Assembly (NCBI RefSeq): GCF_009914755.1 | Contig: NC_060936.1 | Source of the DNA: the human T2T-CHM13v2.0 reference genome, Homo sapiens | Strand: one strand, 5' to 3' | Length of the DNA: 64,000 nucleotides | Part shown: one piece after another, positions 46,197 through 64,000 of the stretch | Position numbering within the stretch: position 1 is the stretch's first letter | Layout of the letters: each line of letters opens with the position of its first letter | Notes under the pieces: model-generated | Told to the model about the DNA's origin: nothing | Database searches by the model: none | What the model saw: the letters and a program-made list of their open reading frames with translations, nothing else | Program-made: the position numbers and the translations under genes

Positions 46197-48557
46197 TCAA
46201 GTGATCCTCCTACCTTGGCCTCTGTAAGCATTTACAGGGATTACAGGCATGAGCCACTGTGCCCAGCCCTGAATATTTAATCAACATGTAAGGGTGTAGC
46301 TCAATGATTTTTCACCCACTGAACACACCTGCATGACTTGCATCTGCATCAATAAACAGAATATCACTAATCCCCAGTCCCCTTCTTATCCCTGTCTAGT
46401 CACTACCCCTCGAAGTGTGGCCGACACCCTGACTTCTACCTGCACCGATTTCTTTGGCTTATTTTTTAGCTTTACATACACAGAATGATGTAGTGTGTGC
46501 TCTTGTGTGTCTAGCTTCTTTCACTCAACATGGTATTTGTGAGATTCAGTACTGCTGTGTGAGACTGTATGTCATTCATTCTCATTGCTGGAGAATATTC
46601 CGTGGGATGAGTGTACTACAATGTGCTTATCCATTCTTTGGACATTTGAGATATTTCCAGCCAGGGTGGTGGGGAGAATTATGAATTCTGGAGGATCGCT
46701 TGAGGCCAGGATTTCAAGACCAGCCTGGGCAACATAGCCAAACCCCATCCCAAAAAAAATTTAAAAATTAGCCAAGCATGTGATACACACCTTTAGTCCC
46801 AGCTACCCAGGAGGCTGAGGTGTGAGGATCGCTTGAGCCCAGGAGTTGGAGAGTGCAGTAAGCCAAAATTGTGCCACTGCACTCCAGCCTGGGCAACAGA
46901 GCAAGATCTTATCTAAAAAAAAAACGAAACAAAAAAATGGCCTGGCAAAATCTTTGTGACTTTGGGGTTAGGCAAAGCTTTTTGCTAAAGCTTTGCCTAA
47001 CCCCCTCCCCACCGAACAAAAAAAAAACTTCTTTTTGCCTGTAAATCCATCACTTTGGGAGGCTGAGGCAGGCAGATCACTTGAGGTCAGGAGTTTGAGA
47101 ACCAGCCTGGGCAACATGGTGAAACTCTGTCTCTACCAAAATACAAAAGTTAGCCGAGTGGCCGGGCATGGTACACCTGTGATCCCAGCACTTTGGGAGG
47201 CCAAGGTGGGTGGATCATCTGAGGTCAGGACTTTGAGACCAGCCTGGCCAACATGGTGAAACCCCATCTCTACTAAAAGTACAAAAAATTAGCCAGGAGT
47301 GGTGGTGGGCGCCTGTAATCCCAGCTATTTAGGAGGCTGAGGCAGGTGAATTGCTTGAACTTGGGAGGCGGAGGTTGTAGTTAGCTGAGATTGCTCCACT
47401 GCACTCCAGCCTGGGCAAAAAGAGTGAGACTCTGTCTCAAAAAAAAAAAAGTTAGGGCCAGGCATGGTGGTGCGCACCTGTAATCCCAACTATTCAGGAG
47501 GCTGAGGCCCCAGAATCACTTGAACCCAGGAGATGGCGGTTGCAGTGAGGCGAGATTGCGTCACTGCACTCTAGCCTGGGTGATGAAGTGAGATTCTGCC
47601 TCAAAAAAAAAAAAAAAAAAATTCCAAACCCACACCCATCTATTTCTTCACCCTTCTGTGCCTCAGTTTTCTTATGTGTAAGATAAAGGTAACTGTCCCT
47701 GACCTGCCCACCTCCCAGGGTTGTGTGGGAACCAGTTAGATCTGGACCTTTGAGGAAGGCTGTACAAACTGTTGAGGGCTTTTCAGCCATGAAACTCTTC
47801 TGCCCGTACCCCATAAATACAATTAGGTGCTTGCTGCAGAGGCATCGGGGGTCTCTGGCCAGAGGTGACATCTGAAGCAATCGGGATCCTGTTTGGTTTT
47901 GCCACATCCGACCTGCCGCCCAGCTGGGGCAAGACAGCCACGCGCGGCGGATGCACCGGCCCTGAACTCTTTCTCGAGTAGTCCCCAGAGGTAGCTGCTG
48001 CCTTTCAGTTTCTGCACTTGTTTATTTTCAAAGGGACGTTGCCAGACCACGAGGCCACCCTGCCCTTTCATGGTTTGTTTTATGCAGATTTCAGGAAGAG
48101 AGAGAAGAGGTAAAGAGACCAGAAACAAAGTCTTCTGCAAGCAAAGAACTGCAACAGGCCCCAGCTGTTAGGTTTGAGGGGCGTATGGGGCAGGCGACTG
48201 AACTGCAGAGTTGGAGCCAGAGGTACCATTGCTGACCCCTGAGCCCAGGAGCCTTGAGAATACTGACAGTGTTAATAATAACTGCAATCATCCAACATAT
48301 GATGCTAGAATAACTGGACATCTGTGTGCAAAAATATTAAACCTATACCTTGCACCTTATCACAAAATTCACTCAAAATAGATCATAGACCAAAATGTGA
48401 AACATAAAACTAAGACTTCCAGGGGAAAACAGGAGAAAATCTTTGTGACTTTGGGGTTAGGCAAAGCTTTTTGCTAAAGACATTGATAAGAGATTGAAAA
48501 AACAAGCAGATTGCCAGATGATCTTTGCAAAACATGTATCTGATAAAAGACTTGTAG

Positions 48558-49096
<539 letters not shown>

Positions 49097-49635
49097 TGAG
49101 ACAGGGCCTTGCTCTGAGCTGGAGTGCAGTGGTGTGATCACGGCTCACTGCAGCCTCAACCTCCCGGGCTCAGGTGATCCACCCACCTCAGTCCCCCAGG
49201 TAGCTGTGATCATGCCACTGCACTCCAGCCTGGGCGACAGAGCAAGACCCTATCTCTAAATTTTAAAAAAGTGCAAAAATCTGGATGTAAATATTTACAC
49301 TGGTCTTATTCATAACCACCAAAAACTAGAAACAACTAAAATGGCTTCAACTGGTAAATGTATAAACACGCAGTGGTACGTTCATAAAATGAAATACTAT
49401 GCAGCAATAAAAAGGAATGAGCTACAGATACATGCAGCAGCAGGGCAGAATCTCAGATGTATTATGCTAAGTGAGAGAAGCCACACTCAAGGCTACTTTT
49501 TGAAGGATTCTGTTCCGGAAAAGGCAAAACAATGGGAACAAGAAACAGATGGGTAGTTGCCAGGGACTAGAATGCAGAGAGGGACTGACTACAAAGGGCA
49601 AGTGGGAACTGGGGGTGACGATGGGTACTGGAACT

Positions 49636-49636
<1 letters not shown>

Positions 49637-49671
<35 letters not shown>

Positions 49672-49710
49672 TGTTTGTATACGTGTCTATGTATGTATAT
49701 GCGTGTGTGT
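49637..49710. repeat. (TG)n microsatellite with a degenerate tail
   Basis: Directly visible. Confidence 0.9.
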
Positions 49711-49760
49711 ATATTTTTTAAGAGACAAGGTCTTGTTCTGTCATCCAGTCTGGAGTGTAA

Positions 49761-49874
<114 letters not shown>

Positions 49875-50110
49875 TAATTTTTTTGTACCAACAGGATCTT
49901 GCCATCTTGCCCAAGTTGGTTTCCAACTCCTGGGCTCCAGCGATCCTCCCCCCTCAGCCTCCCAAAGTGCTGGGATTACAAGTGTGAGCCACTGTGCCTG
50001 TCCTGTCCTATATCTTTTTTTTTTTTTTTTGACAGAGTCTCACTCTGTCGCCCAGGCTGGAGTGCAGTGGTGCAATCTTGGCTCACTGCAACCTCCGTGT
50101 CCCAGGTTAA

Positions 50111-50322
<212 letters not shown>

Positions 50323-50363
50323 TGACTGTATATGTTTGTCAAAACTCCTGGAACTGTACATTA

Positions 50364-50921
<558 letters not shown>

Positions 50922-51119
50922 TTACAAGCGTGTGCCATCACGCCCGACTAATTTTTGTATTTTTAGTAGAGACGGGGTTTCACCATGTTGGCCAGGATGG
51001 TCTTGATCTCCTGACCTTGTGATCCGCCCGCCTCGGCGTCCCAAAGTGCTGGGATTACAGGCGTGAGCCACTGCACCCGGCCAGAGCCCAGGAATTCAAG
51101 ACCAGCCTGGGCAACATAG

Positions 51120-51572
<453 letters not shown>

Positions 51573-51780
51573 TGAAATGTCATGATTTTTACAATGTTAG
51601 CAAATCATTCAAAATTTTAGTAAACTGTCTAGATGTTAGTTTTTACTATGGTAAAAACATCGGCCAGGCGCGGTGGCTCATGCCTCTAATCCCAGCACTT
51701 TGGGAGGCCGAGGCGGGCGGATCACAAGGTCAAGAGATCGAGACCATCCTGGCTAACACAGTGAAACCCCGTCTCCACTA

Positions 51781-51975
<195 letters not shown>

Positions 51976-52663
51976 TCACCCTCAAAGTAAAAGAGAACAA
52001 GAAACAGAAGCAGAAATCCATATTTAGTGAAATAAGACAACACCTGTAGCTCCAAACCTGTAGAAGCAGATCCCAGAGAAAAGCAGGCCAGTTCTCTCCT
52101 GGAATCCCAGAAAGTCCCAGGAATTGGAGGCTTCAGTGCTGCAGTAGGGAGGGGACTAAAAACAAAGTCTGTATATGGAGCAGTAAGACCTCCGGGTTCT
52201 CATCCCCCATCCTGTGTGCTCTCGGGTGACTAGCCCTCTCCCTCTCCAGGTTTAGCTTCTGGAGAAATTAAATCAAAGAGGCTCTAGAACTGGGGATGGC
52301 AGGCATTGAGTGCAGGGAGTGAGTTGCCAGAGGCTGAGAGCAGAGAGATTTAGTGGCAGTGGGCAGAGCAAACAGCAAAATGACTGCCCTCTTCCCTGGC
52401 CTTGCTCCAGAAACTGAGCAGCCAGACATACACACTCCCAGAAGGCAGTTGGAGGTCCCCCCGGGCAATCAGAACCACCCACAGAGAAGACCTCCAGATA
52501 CTGACATTTAGAAGCCTCTGACCAAAGAGCTGCCTGGCCACCCACTGGCTTACTCGCTGACAGGCCATGCTCCTGCCGTACACACCGATCCTATCAGTCA
52601 TCCTCATGGGCTCCTTTCCAGACTTCTGAGGAAAGCTTCCAACATGAAGAGGGAGTTCAAAAC

Positions 52664-52666
<3 letters not shown>

Positions 52667-52698
<32 letters not shown>
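52667..52698. repeat. (GA)n microsatellite
   Basis: Directly visible. Confidence 0.93.
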
Positions 52699-52702
<4 letters not shown>

Positions 52703-52842
52703 AAATATAAACAATGCAGGGAGCAAAAGATAACTTCAAATAAACTCAAAATATTCTTCTGGGAGAGATGAGACAATATTGCATACATAAAACAAGAAGA
52801 GGATGCTATCACTAAATTTTAAAAAAAAGTAACAGAAAGTAA

Positions 52843-53113
<271 letters not shown>

Positions 53114-53384
53114 TGATCCACCTGCCTTGGCTTCCCAAAGTGCTAGGATTACAGGCGTGAGCCACTGGACCTGGCGAAAACTCTTTTTTTAATCATAACT
53201 TTAAAAACCCAGTTTTAAGTTTTATTTTTTGTGCTACACTGTTTCTTGTGTTCCATATCGTTCTCGTACTTGAATTTCATTTTTGTCTTCTTGGAGAGAA
53301 CAACCTCTAGTAGTAATTCTTTCTAATGTGGCCAATGGATGAAAAGACTATTTTACCTTCTATCCTCTAAAATTTATTGAGGTG

Positions 53385-53560
53385 ACAATATAAGGAGCTC
53401 AAACAACTCTACAGGAAAAAAAATCTAATCATCTGATTTAAAATGGGCAAAAGAACTGAATAGACATTTATCAAAAGAAGACATACAAATGGCAAACAGG
53501 TATATGAAAAGATGCTCAACATCACTGATCATCAGAGTAATGCAAATCAAAACTACAACG
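53385..53560 (+). mobile_element. L1 3'-region fragment, interrupted downstream by an Alu (~53562-53860) and a THE1 LTR
   Basis: aaatgggcaaaagaactgaatagacattt...aaaagaagacatacaaatggcaaacaggtatatgaaaagatgctcaacatcact, a typical L1 3' sequence. Confidence 0.85.
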
Positions 53561-53887
53561 AGGCCAGGTGTGACGGCTCACACCTGTAATCCCAGCACTC
53601 TGGGAGGGTGAGGTGGGAGGATCACTTAAGCCCAGGAGTTCAAGACCAGCCTGGGCAACACGGGGAGACCCAGTCTCTACAAAAAATTAATAAATTGGCC
53701 AGGTGTAATGGCACATACCTGTAGTCCAAGCTACTCTGGAGGCTGAAGTGGGAGGATCACTTGAGTCCAGGAGGTAAAGGATGCAGTAAGCCTTGATTGT
53801 ATTACTGCACTCCAGCCTGGGCAACACAGTAAGACCCTGTCTCAAAACAAACAAACAAAACAACAACACACTAAATGAGAAATCATC

Positions 53888-54230
53888 TGTATTAGTCCAT
53901 TTTCACACTACTGATAAAGGCATACCCGAGACTGAGCAACTTACAAAAGAAAGAGGTTTAAGGGACTCACAGTTCCATGTGGCTGGGGAGGCCTCACAAT
54001 CATGGTGGAAGGTGAAAGACACATCTCACATGGCCGCAGACAAGAGAAGAGAGCTTGTGCAGGGAAACTCCCCTTTTTAAAAATCATCAGATCTCATGAG
54101 ACTTATTCACTATCACTAGAACAGCACAGGAAAGGCCTGCCCCCCATGATTCAATTACCTCCACCGGGTCCCTCCCACAACACATGGGAATTCAAGATGA
54201 GATTTGGGTGGGGACACCCAAATCATATCA
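53888..54230 (-). mobile_element. THE1 (MaLR) solo LTR with 5-bp target-site duplication TCATC
   Basis: TGTATTAGTCC...CATATCA termini (reverse of the THE1 consensus); TCATC at 53883..53887 and 54231..54235. Confidence 0.88.
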
Positions 54231-54285
54231 TCATCTCACCCCAGTTAAACCATATCATCATCTCACTCCAGTTAATGCAGCTCTT

Positions 54286-57746
<3,461 letters not shown>

Positions 57747-57929
57747 CTATAGCCATTTTTAAACTGTCCCAAGTTTCTGAGGAAACGGAATTGTTCACCA
57801 TTTGACAGAGAAGAAAACTCTGGCTCAGATACTCCCCTTTTAGAATTGTTTCGGGGGCTGGCTCGTCCGTCAAACTTTAAAAAAATAACAACAGCATGCT
57901 GAGTTGAAGTTAAAAGAGCTGGGGTCTGG

Positions 57930-59300
57930 AGGTCGCTGGGCTCAGGGGCGCTGCCACTCAACAGCTGCGCCGAGCTGGGGACGCGCAGGGGAAGCAAGTT
58001 CCCAGCTCTGTGGACTCCAGGTCTGAGAAAAATCCTGTCGGTATTCAGCCACCCAGTGTTCCCATCAATACGATGAGAATAATGAGGACAATAGCCACCA
58101 CGTCCGGCAAACTCAGGCGTGAGCTGCGAGGACTCGGTACCGCCCGGCAGGGAAAAAGCAGGGCCTGGAGGCCGAGGAGCCCCACCCGCACCCACCACGT
58201 GGAGCCGGCCGGGCCTGCGGCGAAGCCACAGGGCGACTCCCGGGGCGCGGAGCGGGGCGGGGGCGGGACTAGCACGGCCCCACTCTGCCGACGCCTCTCC
58301 CAGGTCGCGACACCGGCGAGCCGCTCCGCCCGGCCACCGTGTCCCTCAGCACCCACGGACGCCGGGAGAGGAGGAGGTGGCGAGGGGCACGGCCGGGAGG
58401 CGTGGCCTCCGCTTCCCCTTTTTTTTTTTTTTTTGGTCCGCCTAGCTAAGGAAAGGTTCCCCTGCGCCTTTAAGAGGCCGACGCGGGCAGCCGATTGGCC
58501 CAGACGCCTCGGTGACGTCACGCCGGGGCCGGAGCCCTCCCCCTCCCGCCGCGCCGCGCGCTCGCGGACAGTCGGCGCGCGGGCCGGGCCGGGCCGGCGC
58601 CCCTCTGCCTCGCGCGCTTGTCGCGTTGCCCCGGGCTCCGGGGGATGCCCCCGGCCGAGCCCTTCTCATGGCCGCCGACGTCTTCATGTGCTCCCCGCGC
58701 CGGCCTCGCAGCCGGGGCCGCCAGGTGCTGCTCAAGCCCCAGGTGTCCGAGGACGACGACGACTCGGACACGGATGAGCCGTCCCCGCCGCCCGCCTCCG
58801 GCGCAGCCACCCCGGCCCGGGCCCACGCGAGCGCCGCGCCACCGCCGCCTCGGGCCGGGCCGGGCCGCGAGGAACCTCCGCGCCGCCAGCAGATCATCCA
58901 CAGCGGCCACTTCATGGTGTCGTCGCCGCACCGAGAGCACCCGCCCAAGAAGGGCTACGATTTCGACACGGTCAACAAACAGACGTGCCAGACCTACAGC
59001 TTCGGCAAGACTAGCTCCTGCCACCTGTCCATCGACGCCTCGCTCACCAAGCTCTTCGAGTGCATGACTTTGGCCTACAGGTAGGGACCCCCGCGACCCC
59101 CTGAGGCCCCGGCCGGAGGCCCTTGTTTGACAAAACAAGCGTGGAGGGAAGGGCCGCCTGGCAACCCCGTGGCTTCATGCATTCCCTTTGGGTCTTCCTC
59201 CTTCGGGAGGGTTTATGGATCTGGGGTTCCCCGCGTTGCCAGAGGAGCCGGGGTCCTGGCCTCTTCCCCTGCCAGCAGTGCCGGGGTCCTTTCGGGTTCA
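57930..59300. promoter_or_regulatory. MLXIP CpG island/promoter: E-box CCACGTGG 58195..58202, GC boxes ~58251..58267, inverted CCAAT 58494..58498, full CRE TGACGTCA 58513..58520
   Basis: Motifs read directly in CpG-rich sequence just upstream of the MLXIP ATG. Confidence 0.85.
58668..59080 (+). CDS. MLXIP: MLXIP (MondoA) coding exon 1, aa 1-137, including Mondo conserved regions MCR I (IIHSGHFMVSSPH) and MCR II (IDASLTKLFECMTLAY); the gene continues beyond the window
   Basis: Translation MAADVFMCSPRRPRSRGRQVLLKPQVSEDDDDSDTDE... carries Mondo/ChREBP-family motifs; CAG|GTAGGG donor; 413 nt. Confidence 0.97.
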
Positions 59301-61357
59301 CGTTCCCCATCCAGGCCCTCCCCTCCAGTGTCCTGGGACCACCGATGTTGGACGAGGAAGAGGTATAAACACTGGCTGCATCTTGTGTTACCCGACTCTA
59401 TCGACTCCTTCCTCCAAACGCTTTGTGTGTTTCCCCCATATCCAGCAGCGGTCAGGACCACCTGTTCGGGGTGACTGGAGGCTGGCTCTGCTGTTTAATG
59501 GTTGTGTAACACCTCGGAGCCTGTTTCCTCCTTTATAAAAGGGGAATGACTGTAGTGTCTGCCTCCAAGGGGCTGTTGTGGGGATGGAGTGAGATAGGTA
59601 AATTGCTTATTCCAGTGCTTGGCCAGAGTTAGGTGTCCCTGCACCTGGAGGCTGGCCCCCTTACAACCTCATCGGGAGGCCCGCCCCCATCTCGGGAGGG
59701 CTTTGGGTGCCTCCTAAGAAGACTTTTGGTGCCACAGCTGTTGGAGGTGCAGTCTGTCCTTCTGGCAAGTTGGAGGGTTTTCTGGCCGGTCCTGAAACAT
59801 TATATGAGGGAGATGTCATTGTTGAGGGCAGACATCCCAGACACCGTTCTGACATGTGGATTCGGCTCTGGGCAGAGATTCCTCTTTTCCAAGTCACAGA
59901 AAATGCCTGGCCCTCAAAGATTAAAGCGCTTTTTCACTCTCTCTCCCTTTCCCACTATGAATATTAGGTATTTGCTGCAGGTAACTTTTTTGTCTGCGCA
60001 ACAGAACTTCTTTGGACTGGCAGCAGCGGCCTTGAGCAGCTTGGCCCTGCAGAAAGCTCATGATGGGATCTCTGCTGAGTTAAGCTTATTGCATTAGGAA
60101 CTGGACTAGCGGGGGCTGTCTTAGGTCTGCTCTGGAGGCATCGCGGGAGAAGTTTCCTAGGAGACTCCATAAACAGCGTAATAAAAGAGCAGGAATATCT
60201 TGCCCCCTCTCACCTCACCTTTTTAAGAGAGCTGTGAGCCCCAAGCATATCCAGGTTTAAATGTTATGCTTTTACCTGAAGTTAAAATATTAGATACTTA
60301 GCCCTGGATGGCACCCCCCTCACCGCCGCGGTCCCTGGAATAAACGATTAGTCAACTTGTTCTTTGTTATGTTCCTGAAACACCCCTATTTCCTCTCTTG
60401 AAGGTTTCCCTGATGATCTGTTCCCGTAGCTCCTCCTCCCATCCCCCTTACCCGGCACATTGGTCAGTCTCTGCTGATTCTCTGGTCTTGCCAGTTTGAG
60501 CTGGCACTGAGCCTGTAAAGATGTTCTGCTTTTTAAAAAACAAATGGTGTTGAGGCTGCAGCCCTGTGCGCCCTCCAGTCTCTGATTTTGAGCAGTTCCA
60601 TTGGAATCAAACCCGACTGGATCGCAGCATATGCTATGCCTCGAGAGAGCCTTTTCAAACAAAGCTCGAGGTGAAAGACTGGAATGTATCTTATTAAGAA
60701 AACTTAATCCTCTTCTTTATTTTAATATAAACTTCTACATATACAGGGAGAGAATGGATGAGTCACGGGGGGCATGGACTGGAAAGGTCTCACCTAAGTA
60801 AGCTCTGCTAAATGAAAACTAAATCAGTCTCCCCTTTGCACTCTTGTTTGGATAACCTAAAGGCTTATTAAACAACACCAAATAATTTTAGTAATGGCAT
60901 TTTTTTTTTCATTTCTCTCAAAAATATTTTGGCAGCTGGCCGTTGCTCAGTTAACTTTCTTGATTGCAAAATGCACCATCAGTTTGGTGCAAGAAGCTTA
61001 TCTTGCTCTCTTGGCTCTCTCACTTTCGCTGCTTTTCCCTGTGCCTAAGGTCTCCTGCTGCCTAAGGTCGGCCACCTAAGGTCTACCACCACAGGCCCTC
61101 GGATGGGATCTGTCCAGTCATTTCTCATGAAGATGCCCTTTGTCTGTCTGTGTGAGGCTGGTTTGTCCAGTGCTGAGTTTAGTTGGCAGTGTAGAACTTT
61201 GGTATGGATGACAGACAAATGACTCAAAACCAGTTGTCTGGGCTGTAGTCTGTGGCACAGAAAGAAACTAGAGGAAGGTGAGTTTCTGACCCCAGCTCTC
61301 CTAGTGAGAACTGCTACCTGGCTTTCAGGGAAGGAAGGTTGAGATCGGAGGCAACGC

Positions 61358-63527
<2,170 letters not shown>

Positions 63528-63955
63528 AACCCTTCATTCTTGATCAAAGCGGGAATCTGTGCCAGACTTAAGGAGTAGCAAGGGCTAAAGGTTAGAGCAC
63601 TGTGTCCTCCAAACTTTGAATTTTCAGTAGAGGTACTGTCTAATGCTAAGCACAGTTAACCAGTTGTAAATGGAAACCTTTCATGCAAATACTAAATTGG
63701 TTTTTCTCTTTTGCAGTCATACGGAAGATAAGCAGTGTTTCTTCTCCTGCGTTCTTCAGTCTTTAACCATTAGATGGTGCGCCGTTGCAGGGTGTGCACT
63801 GAGGTGGGAGCCGGGGCTGCAGAGATGAAAAAACACAGTCTCTCTCCTCAAGGGGCTCACAGGCTAGGCGTGGGGACAGATAGTTATAGAACAGTTAGTA
63901 AGGGCTGTGATAACTGTGACCTCTTGTGACACTACCGGGAAGGATATCTCAGCCA

Positions 63956-63958
<3 letters not shown>

Positions 63959-64000
<42 letters not shown>
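63959..64000 (+). repeat. (TG)>=21 microsatellite in MLXIP intron 1, truncated by the window end
   Basis: Directly visible. Confidence 0.97.

Noticed and set aside
58185-58212. Possible ChoRE (MondoA:MLX autoregulation) at the promoter E-box
   Set aside because: No second E-box-like half-site 5 nt away on either side.
58480-58506. ERSE/ERSE-II around the inverted CCAAT
   Set aside because: The required CCACG half-site is absent at the correct spacing (ATTGGcCCAGA).
58010-59138. 255-aa (+) and 206/168/158-aa (-) ORFs at the MLXIP CpG island
   Set aside because: GC-rich or antisense-shadow ORFs; some read through a poly-T tract. Only the AUG-initiated 58645 ORF was kept as a hypothesis.

Overview
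Human (primate) genomic DNA, recognisable from the translated exons as the BCL7A-MLXIP locus (12q24.31). The + strand holds the complete six-exon BCL7A gene, a BAF/SWI-SNF subunit. Its CDS is 1898..1989, 10506..10587, 15131..15227, 23686..23853, 34602..34723 (or ..34786 with the distal donor) and 38889..38960, giving 210 or 231 aa, followed by a ~2.9-kb 3'UTR with AATAAA at 41820. About 16.7 kb downstream is the CpG-island promoter and coding exon 1 of MLXIP (MondoA; CDS 58668..59080), then the start of its intron 1. The rest is very Alu-dense, with MIR, L1, L2, MER53/MER20/MER58, a THE1 solo LTR and microsatellites; repeat boundaries and families were called by eye. Nearly all long ORFs in the supplied track are CpG-island or Alu artefacts. 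I see no demonstrably new gene system. The best leads, all hypotheses, are: (1) an out-of-frame uAUG in MLXIP that opens a 140-codon overlapping ORF whose stop overlaps MondoA Met133 (AUGA); (2) a candidate TDP-43-type cryptic exon in MLXIP intron 1; (3) a (UG)n tract with an embedded uAUG upstream of the BCL7A start; (4) a templated-insertion plus fold-back scar at ~46.95 kb; and (5) an octamer site created in a MER53 hairpin in BCL7A intron 1.
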